NCBI GenBank assembly: GCA_024679065.1
Contig: JAGIQG010000009.1
Location: 99,262,001 to 99,326,000, forward strand
Reading direction: 5' to 3'
Source of the DNA: Sphyrna mokarran
Taxonomy: Eukaryota
Length of the DNA: 64,000 nucleotides
This document shows, piece by piece, positions 50,620 to 63,230 of the stretch. Position numbers and translations under genes: made by a program. Position 1 is the stretch's first letter; every line of letters starts with the position of its first letter. The notes under the pieces were generated by a model, which made no database searches, was not told the DNA's origin, and was given only the letters and a program-made list of their open reading frames with translations.

Positions 50620-50848
50620 GCCTGTGTGGAGTTTGCACGTTCTCCTCTCGTCTGTGTGGGTTTCCTCCGGGTGCTCCGGTTTCCTCCAACAGTCCAAAGA
50701 TGTACTGGTTAAATGCATTAGCCATGCTAAATTCTCCCTCAGTGTGCCCGAACAGCCGCTGGTGTTTGGCAACTAGCTGATTTTCACAGTAATTTCATCG
50801 CAAAATGATGTAAGTCTACTTGTGACAATAACAAAATAAACTTTAACT
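50620..50848 (+). mobile_element. HE1-like SINE
   Basis: tgtgtggagtttgcacgttctcc...gtgggtttcctccgggtgctccggtttcctcc. Confidence 0.9.
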
Positions 50849-52029
50849 GGCTAATAGACGGAAGTTAAACTCATTGCTTCGAAACACCATGTTCTGATTT
50901 TTTTTGAGGCCCCTTTGCGTATAACGTGGCAGAAAGTACGTCAGTTTCGAAAATTAAGTTCTGCATTTGGACTTTCAATAGTCACTAACCAAAATAATCT
51001 CCGAGTGTTGAGAATAATCTCAACAGTGTGAAAGTCATGCGATCTTCGTGGAGCTCTTCATATTTTATGAGGCAGAATCAACTATTAGACCATTGGACGC
51101 CATGAAAATATTGTCAAAATTTCATCTTTGCACGTACTGCGTAAGTAAACTCAGACATTACTGAAAATGAAGCATGTCGCCGAATGTTACCACCTTTCAT
51201 TAAGGCCTATCTAAGGAAGCCAAATGTGATACGATGAAAGAAGTTCATCTCATACGAGAAAAAGCATTGATTGTCAAGTGGGCTCTGCTTTGCCGGCCGT
51301 CAAATCTGAGCTGAAAATATTTGGTTTGCCGCTGATATCTTTGGATGGCGGTGTGTGTTGTGGGGAGACGGGAAGGAGGGGGGCAGTGATAAGGGGGGAC
51401 GTCGGAAGGAAATAGAACAATCATTTAGACAAGCTGTTTCACATTTCTACCACGCATTTTTTTACTCAGTGATATTGCCCATTAGCAGGATGCGCCCATC
51501 AGTCCAAAACGATATTTTTGAGCAGTATGCTGCACAACCTACAGTTCCAATGTGGATCCGGGTAACTAGGCATAGGCTACACAAAATGCTGAGTGCAAGG
51601 TGCAGAGTGCAGGCTCCACTCATCCAACACGTCCTTGCATACGCAAAATACAGTATCTATTCTTGCATATTCTTGCAATTCACCAGCACTTGCGGAAAAA
51701 AAATATTCTATGTACACTCATTGTTTCACTAACAACCTGAACAGATTCATTTGTTACCCCGGGCATTTTTTTGTTAAGAATACATTATTCTTAATGTTTT
51801 GCAGTCACCTGTTTTTTGAAGAATTCTGCTTAACTCCTTTAGTTCTGGAATGGACATTGATATGGTTTGAGTTGACAAACATGATCAATTTCTATCTGTT
51901 GAAAAGATGTATTACCAGTCTTGTCACTCACATGGAATTTCTGAAGTTAATGTTTTTGTTTGGCCAGCATTTATTTTGCCATTCTTACCTTGAGAATCCA
52001 GAAAAGAAATGTGTCCAAGTCGCTTGGTC

Positions 52030-52560
52030 ATAAAGGCGTAGGTAAGAAGTTTGTTAACAATAGAGAGATGGGTTATTGAGCATGTATTCCATTGTGTAGA
52101 AATATAGTTGGTGATCGTTCGTCCTATCAGGCCTCTTGGCCGTCGGTGGGTGGAGAAGGCGGGTGAGAGGAAGGCAGTTTGCCAGAAGTTTGTTGCTAGG
52201 AGGGAGGCGCTGTAGAGAATCGGGGTGGAGAAAACCAGGCGGAATGGGGTGTGTTGGTGAGGGACGGCGGTGGATATTATTTTTCGCTGGTTTGGTCTGT
52301 CCTATTGTGCATGTGGAGGGCTGGAGGGATTGGTCAAAGGGAGAGTTGCCAAGGCCCCTGCTCGAGTAAATTCGGAAATTGGAGTTCAGTTGAGGTACCT
52401 TGGATAATTGCCGAGTTACAGCTGGTGTCATTCAATGTGCCACCACCTGTGTAAAAATCTGTCACGTCTCGTAATTTTGTCAACGCCGTGTGTTCTTCAG
52501 TCTCTCCAGGGAGTCCTGGAAGGATTTCTAGCAATCCGTTTACTGTAAGGATTGGGACAA
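52030..52560 (-). mobile_element. Decayed LINE RT C-terminal-like remnant, clade uncertain
   Basis: GC-richer, strand-asymmetric block; KNNIHRR....IPPGFLH resembles LINE RT C-termini. Confidence 0.3.
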
Positions 52561-52969
52561 TTACTCACATTATACCCGGTTTATAAAAGAATAATTGCAT
52601 CAGTATCTGTTTGCCCAGATATCCTGTGTCATACACTAATACAATTATTTTAAATTGGAACAATGTTAGAGCTGATGCACCACGGTGGGGAAAGGGAGGC
52701 GCTCGTCTGAGCTTCAACCCACACATTTCGTATTCACTTTTGCTCTGCGAACTTTGAAAAGGGTCTACGACCTGGACGAGCCGGAGAAGCATTAGGATGT
52801 GTTTTTAACAAATCGCTCAGAATAACCCTTACAGAGCAAGAAAGATTTAATGCCCAAACGTGTTAGAATATTTAAGATAAAGGTTTAACTACATACCGAT
52901 GACAGAATCGGACGGCAAACAAGGATTGAATTAAAAGATAGGTCTTTTTTTAAAAATCCAGCGATAGAA

Positions 52970-53320
52970 ACTCAGCATTTTTGGCAAGGCCAAAATTTGT
53001 TGCTGATTCGTATCTGTCACTGAATTTATTAACTACTAGGCCATTTTAGAGGGCAGTCAGAAGTACTGTGAGTCTGGAATCACATACAGGACAGAGAAGG
53101 ACGACAAATTTTCTTCCCCAAGAGGCATCAATGGAATAGACAAGTCTGTACAACAATAGATTATAATTTCGTGGCCATGATTACTCAGCCTAGATTTCAA
53201 TTCCAGATTTTAATTATTTGGTAATTGCAGTGGTGGGGCTTGAAGTCATGCCCCCTGGGCATTAAGTTGTCTGTCTGGGTGATTAACACAGCGACATCGC
53301 CACTACACCATTACCTTCCC
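52970..53320 (-). mobile_element. tRNA-type SINE sharing its 3' tail with the LINE family at 30300
   Basis: ggccattttagagggcag...gagtctggaatcacata...; related + copy split at ~59400-59500 and ~60000-60160. Confidence 0.55.
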
Positions 53321-54219
53321 AAAATCAGAACAAAGTAAAAGTTCAACTTATCTTTAATATCTGCTGAATAGGCGTCCAGTCACATGAACATGAATTACTA
53401 GTGCCAGAACAGGTCAGATATTTTTCCTATGTACTGTGGTTTTTCAGGACGTTAGTGTGATAGCTATAGTTGATGGATACATGCTAATTTATACTGCACT
53501 TTTTTGTGTCCATCTTGTTTGTAAGAGGTATAACTTATATTTAAGCCTGTTGAAGATGGAACAAATAACGTTAGCTTCTTGGTTTCCATACTCAAAGGCA
53601 CCTTTCGTGATTCAGGTTTCTGTGTCAAAGCAACCCAAAAAGCCATACCCTCACTACAGCCTTGCAACATAAACTGTTCCGAATTCAGTATTTTGTACTG
53701 TAGCAAAAAAAAAACAACAGCAGTAATTGTCTCAGGTTGTTGGTACTACAGGAAATAGAGACGTTTGATTTTTGCAATAAAAGCGCACCATAGCTAAACA
53801 GAAGGTAAATATTTCCTTAAGTTAACAAAAGCATTTGGTGAGATACATTTACTTTCCAAACGGATACTTCATGAATACCTAAAGCTACACGAATGGATCT
53901 AGGCCAGCAGTTTTATAGTCGTTAATCGAAAAACTATGAGCAAACGATCCCTGTTTAAAGATTGCTCTGCAATAACCTAGTGCCTCTGCTATGGCCATAA
54001 CATTAAATTAGTACGTAGTAGAATATTTTTCACACAGCAGCCATATTTACCACACTATGGGTTTTCACATACAGACAGTGATTCTAAATTTGACTACTTT
54101 TTTCATCCAAACTTATCTTAGTACTTAATATCTGCTCCTCTAGTATGTTTTCTCTCCCTCCACAAATTCTGTGCGCCACTATATTCCTCTATGATATTGA
54201 CTCCTGGCTCTCATAATCT

Positions 54220-54335
54220 TGTAAGAAGTCTCACAACACGAGGTTAAAGTCCAACAGGTTTATTTGGTAGCAAAAACCACCGAAACCTAATGTGAGACTT
54301 TTAACTGTGTTTACCCCAGGCATCTGCACATCATC
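54220..54335. mobile_element. Very short Penelope terminal insertion with inversion
   Basis: gtaagaagtctcacaacacgaggttaaagtccaacaggtttatttgg (-) joined to tgtgagactt...accccag.catctgcacatca (+). Confidence 0.75.
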
Positions 54336-55150
54336 TCAGAATGCTGCCCAGTTAGTTGAAAATCTCGCAAAGAATTTTAACAAATCTACCCAGAAATTAA
54401 CCAATCCTGACTCCGGATAGTTTCAACCCATGACGTGATCCAGGTTCTCGCTGCCGTTGGCCTTTGCTGCACTACAATAATTAATTTGGAATGATTTTCG
54501 TGCAAGACTGGTTGTCTGGATATCGCTTCTCTGTGGGTTACTTTGATGTAGATATCTTTATTATAACGCTACCTTTGCATATGGAAACCAAAAGGCTAAT
54601 ATGGTTTGCTCCATTCTTCAATGGGCTTAAATGCAACTTATGTCATCGTCATTCTATAGTCAAAAGCAATCAACTAAACATGATTTCATTTTCTATGAAT
54701 AACAATGATTCCGATGGAGTCACAATTATGAAATCCGTTTGTTTAGGATCGAGAGAACCATTTGTCAAAACCGTCACAAATAATAGCGTGATTAAGCACC
54801 CGTTTAATCTTAAATGCACATGTTATGAAGGAAGCCATTCAGTCGTCCAACTTTAAACTTTTTGATTTCGGTGCCTGTTTATTGGAAAGGATGCAGCGGA
54901 GGATCGTGTGGAGAAACAAGCTATGTCTGACCACAACTGATTCTTTTGTGGATGGCAGCAATTGTTGAAGAAGTCATATTGAACTCGAAATTTCAGCATT
55001 GTTTTTCTCATCGCAGCTGCTGTCATGTCTGCGGAATATCTCCAGTACTTTTACATCCAGAATTTGCTGTTATATTTGCTCTGTAATAATTTCAATTCTG
55101 AGAGGTTCACAGCTTTGTTTTAAATAAAAAAAAACGAAGAAGATTCCTAC

Positions 55151-55177
55151 CAAATTCTTTCGATTGCAATTCTAATT
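55151..55177 (-). CDS. 27-nt microexon, KLELQSKEF
   Basis: ggcttttatttcag|AATTAGAATTGCAATCGAAAGAATTTG|gtagga. Confidence 0.72.
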
Positions 55178-56213
55178 CTGAAATAAAAGCCGGCAAGAAT
55201 ATTCATTAGTTATTTTTAAATCTGATGAATCATCATTTGCACCCCGCATTCTAATTGATGTATTTATTTATTTCCTCTGCATTGCATCGAATTTCTACTT
55301 TCTTAGTGTTAATGCAAAAGAATGTCAATTCAATTTGTATCTTCTATGTTGCCAAAAGCATTGTGCTACTCGTAAAGGAATTCCGTCATTACATGTTTTA
55401 TTTTTTCCTCGAGTTGTTGCATTAATTTCTCTCTATTCCATTGAGATTAATCTAACGAACAGCCAATGGAAGTCAACGCCGATTTGTTTTGAAGAAACGT
55501 TTCCATTTCTAGATCAAAATATAAGCAATACATAATAGGTAACGGTCGTTCAGTCATCTACTGAGATTAACACTTGAATGCCTTACAGATATATTAAGTG
55601 AAAAATGGTTAATTTTTAAACTGAAACACTGGAGAGTTATTTGTCTCTCTGCTTTTCAGAAGCTGAAACGTTAGATAAGTTTTGCATCTTCAATTAGGAA
55701 ACAGTCTTTTAAAATCTCAAACGAAGCTAAAATGCTAACAGAACATGTCTTTGAAAATAGGAATACTTATATTGGACCACTAAAAATGGGAGAAACGTAT
55801 CCTGCCGGAACTAAGTTTCTAAGATGATCTTTAATGTTCTGATGTGATTTGCTTGCTCCCTGTGCAGATTGCAAAACGTATGTTCGCCTTCAACATTGTA
55901 CTTAGTAAAACACATGCATCGTTTCAACACAAAAATAATTCTGTCCAGAGTGATGAGGTTAAATAAATATCAGACAATCAGTGGAGAATTGCTGAAGTTG
56001 CGAAACTCGACTGATGCTTTCTCCGTTTGGAGAAAATGTCATGAAAACCAGACACAGTCCTGGACTATTTGCATTAAACCTACTCCAAGATAATTGAAGC
56101 TTCCAATATCGCAGTACAGGTTTCACAAACATCCCACCAAATGTGTTAACAGATGTCTTCGTTATAAATCCATCACAGTTTATGCAGTGCCAAACGGTTT
56201 GTAAAGATAAACC

Positions 56214-56361
56214 NNNNNNNNNNNNNNNNNNNNNNNNNNNNNNNNNNNNNNNNNNNNNNNNNNNNNNNNNNNNNNNNNNNNNNNNNNNNNNNNNNNNNNN
56301 NNNNNNNNNNNNNNNNNNNNNNNNNNNNNNNNNNNNNNNNNNNNNNNNNNNNNNNNNNNNN
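56214..56361. other. Assembly gap (148 N)
   Basis: Run of n. Confidence 1.
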
Positions 56362-56827
56362 GCGTGCTTCGCATAAAACTTAAAATAGTAGAGAGAAAAA
56401 AAAACAAAAAAAAAACATAGAACATAGCGGAGAGGAAAAGTTACTTTTTCTACCATTGGGAACCATGTTAACATTGCAGACATATACTGATTCATTGTAT
56501 AAACCAATTACTTGAACAGCTAATAAGGAAAATAATTTAAAAATAATTTTTTAAAAAAGATATTATGGTCAATGAACTAAAGAAATATCGCATTAATATG
56601 AAGACGAGGAACAACAATATTCGATGCAAAGGGAACAAAATGAAATGGGAGGATGGACGCAGCATGAAACCTTAACAATAAAGATGGAAGGAATTGCATA
56701 CAAAAGCTAAAAAGCTGTATCAAATTTTGATATATTCTATGGAATCCAATGGTTTCATAAAAAGAAATTGGTGTTACTTGAAACGAAACGATTTGAAGAC
56801 ACACAACGTATTTGCACTTTTACATAC

Positions 56828-56854
56828 TTGCATCTCTCATGGCTTTCTGGTATT
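56828..56854 (-). CDS. 27-nt microexon, (E)YQKAMRDA
   Basis: atttaatttatttcag|AATACCAGAAAGCCATGAGAGATGCAA|gtatgt. Confidence 0.75.
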
Positions 56855-56874
56855 CTGAAATAAATTAAATGTAT

Positions 56875-58300
56875 TTGAATCATCAATAGCCACAGATGAA
56901 ATGCCTGAAAATTGGAGAGTGGCAAATATTGTACCTTTGTTTAAAAAGGGCTTTAGGGAAAAGCCTGAGAACTACAGGCCAGTGGGCATCACATCTGTGG
57001 TGGGCAAGTTGTTGGAAAGTATTTTGAGAGACAAGATCTACAGGCATTTAGAGATGCAAGGGCTGATTAGGGTCAGAAACAGTGGCTTTGATGGTGGAAA
57101 ATCATGTCTCATAAATTTGATTGAGCTTTCTGAAGGGGAATCCAAAAATGTAGATGAGGGTAGTGCAGTTGACAGTGCAGGTGATATTGTCTACATGACT
57201 TTGACAAGGTATCGCATGGTAAGTGATTGGATAATGGATCCAGGGTGATTTATCGAAATAGATACAAAATTGGCTTCTTGGGTGTTTGTAGCAGTTTGTT
57301 TTTCAAACTGGAGGATTGTGACAAGTGGTGTGCCTCAAAGATCAGTGCTGGGTCCACGTTTTTGTCATTTGTATTAACGATTTGGATGAGAATATAAGGG
57401 GCATGATTATTAAGTTTGCTTACTAGTCGTGGATTGCTTACTAACCATGGATAATAGATAGTGAAGGAAATTATCTCCGATTCCAATGAGATCTTGATCA
57501 ATTGGGCCAGTGGGCTGACGAATGGCAGATGGAGTTAAGTTTAGATAAATGCCAGGTGATGCATTTTGGTAAATTGAAGCAGGACATGACTTACTCAGTT
57601 AATGGTAGGGTGTTGGGGAGTGTTATAGAACAAAGACATCGAGGGGTATAAGTTCATAGCTCATGAAAGTGGAGTCACGGGTGGATAGAATGGTGAAGAA
57701 ATCATTCATCATGCTTAGTTTCATCGCTTTGAGCATTGAATACAGAATTTGCGACCACTTGTTGAAGTTGTACAAGACATTGGTCACCCAATTAGAGAAA
57801 AGATACTATTAAACTAGAAAGAGTGCAGAAAAGATTTACTAGGATGCTATTGGGACTTGATAGCCAGAGTTATGAGGAGAGGCTGAATAGATGGGACTTT
57901 TTTCTCTGGAGCCTAGAAGGCTGGGGGCTGATTTATAGACGTCTATAAAATAACGTCGGGCATAGATCAGCTAGATAATCAATATATTTTCTCAAAAGAG
58001 TCTATAACTAGAGGGCAGGTTTAAAGTGAGAAGGTAGAGATACAAAATTGTCTAGAGGGGCGCAAGTTTTTCATGCAGAGAATGATGAGTGTCTGGAAGA
58101 AGCTGCCAGAGATAACAATAGATGCGTTTACAATTTTGCCTTTTAAAAAAACATTTAGACAGTTACATAGGTAAAATGGCTATACAGGGATATAAACTAA
58201 ATGCGGACGATGGGGATAAGCTTAGCAGTTTAAGAAGGAGCTAAACGGCGGCCGGACAAGTTGGTCGAAGGACCTTGTTGGAAACCTCTATGACTCTACA
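56875..58300 (+). mobile_element. CR1 (HER1-like) RT fragment to 3' end
   Basis: PENWRVANIVPLFKKG.REKPENYRPVGITSVVGKLLESILRD, SCLINLIE, SGVPQRSVLG, KCQVMHFG. Confidence 0.95.
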
Positions 58301-59729
58301 ACTCCGATACGTTACAACCAAGAAGCAGCAATCGTGTGTGAAGAAATTGCTATCAATGCTCTGTTGAATTAAAATCGGTGTTGGAGAAAGGCCTTTGAAA
58401 ATATTTCTATCTTAACGTATTGTCGAAATGTTGATAACTGCAATAGTTCTATAAAATTTCTGAATGTTTGATTCACTGCATTATCATTTGAATTCAAAGC
58501 GGACTCAGAGGTTTCACTCAACAGCGATGAATAATGCCTGTAGAAAAAGGTAAAATGTTGAACATGGTGTAGATGAACAAAAAACCCCCAAAATATTGGT
58601 TAAAATGGACAGTCAGTCAACGTTTGTGGATTAAACAGGTACGTTCATATCTGTTCTGTAGAAATCTTTGTAAAATGCGAATTTACGAGAAATACGAAAG
58701 ATGTGAATTTTAATTCTTTTAGGTTAAAGCAACGAACCGTAAATTGCAAGATGAACAGATGCCTTCAGCAATTGATAATTTATAAAGTAGAAGTGATTGC
58801 GTTCTCAGATATGATGTGCAACACCCGCAGGTTCATAGTTCATGGACTCAAATAGAGTACCGACCCATAGTGATTGCCTTCTCGGACAGAATTATTCCTT
58901 GCCCTGGCTGATTGTAATGGGCGAATTGCATTAGGTTTATTTTAATCTAGACTAATATCTACAATGGTAATGACTGTCTTTTTCAAATTCTCCTAATCTA
59001 ACTATCTTATGGGTGGAACACATTGTGTTCGTATGTATTCGAAAGAAATTTCATAATTTCAAAGACCTCTAATGAGTTTGCGTATTGGCATTAGCATCTA
59101 TTCATCTATTTTAATAGTTATAGTCACTCAAAGATTGCCCAACCTCATGGCGAGAGGAAATGTCCAAGTGGACCTTAAGGAACGGTAAAGATAGAAATCA
59201 CCGTCCCTCAGTTCAGCGAAGTGAAAAAATGAAACTGCAATGTTTACATTACGATTAGTCAGACTACTCATTGCAGCACATATATCTCATCACCCTTGCA
59301 CTCTTTTCTGTTGACCAAGTATGTTGGTGCATGAGAGAAATTTCCAGAAATAAGTGCATAGTCCGGGATTGACAGCATGCGTAACAAAATGGCTGCAGAG
59401 CATACTCGTGGTAGACGACGGCCCGCTGGCTTTATCGCTAGATTAATAATCCAGAAACTGAGCGAATGTTCTGAGGACCCGGGACATGGTAGAATTTGAA
59501 TTCGTAAAAATACCTTGATGTACTTGTTTTTATCCTACAGGTGCTTTGGTTCACCTTGTTGTCTAACAAGAGGCATACACGCGATGAGTCGTGAGAGGGC
59601 TGCTCTTGGATTTTTTTCGAGAGTATCCTAGTGCTTCACGTCGTTAGTGCACGCTTGACCTGGACCATTTGATGGGGAATACGACAGCTCAGTGACTATC
59701 GCTGTGCTGTGCAGATACATGGATTTGGG

Positions 59730-59995
59730 CCTGTGTCTGTGGGAGTTTGCGCATTCTCCCCGTGCTTGCGTGGGTTTTCTCCGGGTGCTCCGGTTTCCTC
59801 CCACATCCCAAAGATGTGCTCTTAGGCTAATTGGCAAAACAAATTCTCCCTAAATTGTCTCAAATTTGGTTTTTAATCCATAGATCTATAAACATAGACA
59901 GGGATCACGGGTAGAGGTGGGAACATCGGGTGGCGGCGCGGGCTCATTGGGCCGAAAGGTCTGTTCCCCATGCTGTTTTGTTCTTTGTTCTTCGT
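59730..59995 (+). mobile_element. HE1-like SINE
   Basis: gagtttgcgcattctccccgtg...ccgggtgctccggtttcctcccacatcccaaagatgtg. Confidence 0.85.
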
Positions 59996-60571
59996 ACTGT
60001 TTAAATTATTGTCGATTGTTGGAAAACTTATTTGGTTTACTAATGTCATTTAAGTAAGGGAAATGTGGTTGGCTCTCAACCGCCCTCCAAAGACAACTAG
60101 GGATAAAAAAAAATGCTGGCTAGCCAACGACACCCAAATCCCACAAATGAATAAAAAATTGGGTAGCGTATGGAGAGTGCCTTCCTTCTGAGGAACAGTT
60201 TATATTTTAGCAAAATGTGAAATCATCGTTTCTGATGAATTCTTGAAACAGAGTGAATTTATTTTCAGTTTTTTTCCGGAATGGAGATCGGATTCGGATA
60301 TTAAGTTGGATACAGAGGGAGCAAACTAAAGGTACATGTATTAAAATCCATCATTAGAACCGGAAGCCATCGAACCTACATTGTCTTTTGACTAAATTGG
60401 TAACTGCCTCGGGGAGGGTTTTGCGTGCGTCGCTTTTTTCTGTCGCATTCTTTTCAGCTCCTCTCAGCAATCGAATACTTGCAAATCGACTAGATATTCA
60501 CCGCGATATAAAAACACATGCCAATACTATTTGGGCTGGTGAATGGTTACCGGCTTGAAAGAGAACTCGAT

Positions 60572-60915
60572 GTTTGATTTGATTTGATTTGATTTGATTT
60601 ATTATTGTCATGTGTATTAACATATAGCGAAAAGTATTGTTTATTGCGCGCTATATAAACAAGGCATACTGTTCATAGAGAGTGCAGAATGTAATGTTAC
60701 AGTCATCGACAAAGATCAACTTAATACAAGGTAAATCCATTCAAAAGTCTGACAGCAGCGAAGAAGAAGGTGTTCTTGAGTCGGCTGGTATGTGACCTCA
60801 GGTTTTTATATCTTTTTTCCGAAAGAAGAAGTTGGAAGAGAGAATGTTCGGAATGCGTGAGGTCCCTAATTATGCTGGCTGCTTTGCCGAGGCAACAGGT
60901 AGTGTAGACAAAATG
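60572..60915 (-). mobile_element. Rex1/Babar-like LINE 3' end with (TTTGA)n tail
   Basis: Collinear with 22755-23100; tttgatttgatttgattttgatttgattt tail. Confidence 0.8.
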
Positions 60916-62084
60916 TAGACGTTGACTGAGGGCGAAATATGGATTGAAATGGGGCCCATTAGGCTTGATAGTAAAATATGCCTGTAAATTTGGCTGGCAA
61001 CATCAGGAGAAAAGATATTGCGGATGGAGATTCAGAAGAACAGTTGGTGAGAGTATTTTTTTTCGCACACTTCGCACTTGGAACATCGTTGGATACAAGT
61101 TCAACATAAAATAAGTTGAGTTTATAACTTATGTCCTACATAAATTGGCATGGCTAATAAGCTTTAGAATGCCACGGTTTTCGTGTGTAAAAATGTGTCG
61201 GGTTTAGGGGATGTTGAATTTAAATCCACGTGAATTAAACTAAAAGATTCCTTCCTTAAAATCAAGTCGCGTACCATATTATGCTCTAAATTGTTATCAG
61301 ATGGAAAAAGGAACATTGCAACCAGGAACGCCCACTATTCCATTTAGGCTAAATGTCCGTTGAGGGAGAAGGAGCAGGTCAGAAATAAACATTAGAGTAA
61401 CACCCATATATCACATCATAGTCTGAATTTAATCAACTAGATGACTATTTATTTATAATGTGCGGATGGATGCAATGCAAAATATTACTGGACAATGATC
61501 GTTCGCTGCTGGCCTTGAAGCAAAATGCATTGCTGTGAGTGTAAATAAATTCTAGCAGATCACAATCTCCATTGGTACGATGGGAGGTGCGAACTCTGCG
61601 ACTGGTTGTTCGATTATGTTAACAGAATCTCACTTTTCTGGTTTGCTTGAAGTTCGAATGCTGTAACGAGAAGTGCAATTCTATGAACGATATTATGCGC
61701 TAAAATTAATTTCGCATCAAATTTGACTTTGCATTAATAGGGTAAAAGTTGAAACGCAGATATTCAAAACATCGTTATCTCAGCCATGCCTCGCTTGGGC
61801 ATTGAGTCAACGAGATTAGAAAATTGGATGCATGGCTCAATGAATGGTGTGCGGAGAAGGATGTGTCACACACTGCACGTGAGCATCTCATTCTCAGGAA
61901 AGCAGGCGCCTTTCTGTTGAGGCCAGTGTCGCTGAAAATCGTAGAAATTGAGCCGTATATCTCGAAGGACGTGAGGGACAGAGTGAAGTGATATTCAGAA
62001 ATCCAAAGCGAAGAGTCGGGCAGTAGAATTTTGTAACGACCCGTATAAAGGCAAGCACAGGGATGCGCTAAGAGTGGAATTAAA

Positions 62085-62670
62085 AACAAAGAACAAAGAA
62101 AATTACAGCGCAGGAACAGTCTTTCAGACCTCCAAGCCTGCACCTACCATGCTGCCCGACTTAACTAAAACCTTCCGCATTTCCGGGCACCAAATCCCAC
62201 TATTCTCATCCTATTCATATATTTGTCAAGACGCCCCTTGCAAGTTACCACCGTATCTGCTTCCACTATCTCTCCCGGCAAAGAGTTCCAGGCACCTATC
62301 ACCCTCTGTGTAAAAAAAACCCCCTGCCTTTCTCATGTCTTTAAACCTTTCCTCTCACACCTTAAATTTGCGCGCCTTAGTAACTGATTCTTCTAACCTG
62401 GGAAAAAGCTTCTGACTATCCTCTTTGTCCATGCCTCTCATAATCTTGCAGACTCCTATCAGGTTGCCCTTCAATCTCCGAAATTCTAGTGAGAACAAAC
62501 CAAGTTTCTCCAAACCCTCCTTGTAGATAATGCCCCGCATACCAGCCAACATCCTGGTAAATCTTTTCTGTACCGTCTCGAAAGCGTCCACGTCCTTTCG
62601 GCAGTGTGATGACTAGAATTGACCACTATATTCCAAATGTGGCCTAACAAAGATTCTGTCAAGCCGCAAA
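62085..62670 (-). mobile_element. CR1 3' end
   Basis: AFETVQKRFTRMLAGM..LEKLGLFSLEFRRLKGNLI. Confidence 0.9.
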
Positions 62671-62699
62671 TTCATCCAATTCTGGAAACTGTTTAAAAA

Positions 62700-63230
62700 T
62701 GCCATCATGCCGTGTGAGAGACAGAGAGAGCAAATACAGTTCACCAGAATGGTTGCAGGAACATGTCTCTTTTGTTAGATTAATAGGTTGCAAAGTAGGA
62801 CTACTGTCCTTCGCAAAATGAAAGAACACTTCAGGGGAGGATTCAACATCATTATGTATTTTGATAAAATCGGTAGGGGAACATTTTCCATTGTTGAACA
62901 GGCTGGGATAGGGAGGCTATGGCCAGTTGGCAGAAAGAGCCAGAGCTTACTGACTTAAGTTAATGAATCAATGATGACACGTGAGAAAGATAAATAAATA
63001 GGTGGTGTTTGCATCTGCAATTTTCTGCTGGAGACTGTAATGAAGGCAAATTTCTTAGATAAATACAAAAACGAATTGGGTCAAGATCTGAAAGAAAAAA
63101 ACAAAGTCGTGAAAGGTTAGGCAGGATGCGGCAGGAAGTTGGGGTGGTGCTTCGTTGGAGGGCACCACGTCAAATTCCTTTCGCCGTGGGCTAGCACGAG
63201 TAGAACTCTCCTAATTGCTTCACTCTGCTT
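62700..63230 (+). mobile_element. Old CR1 3' remnant
   Basis: QxQFTRMVAG and GGDS(T)-like degenerate motifs with a CR1-like tail. Confidence 0.5.

Larger units (their letters stand above)
9863..56854 (-). other. Partial protein-coding gene made of ~20 symmetric phase-1 microexons encoding coiled-coil and linker segments; 5' and 3' ends not identified
   Basis: Series of short polypyrimidine-YAG...GT units on the minus strand, lengths multiples of 3, all open in phase 1, several closed by stops in other phases. Concatenation has no stop and exon sizes and motifs recur periodically. Confidence 0.8.

Noticed and set aside
60380-60391. 12-nt exon candidate VKRQ
   Set aside because: Weak acceptor, and the junction with the 56854 exon gives TAA.
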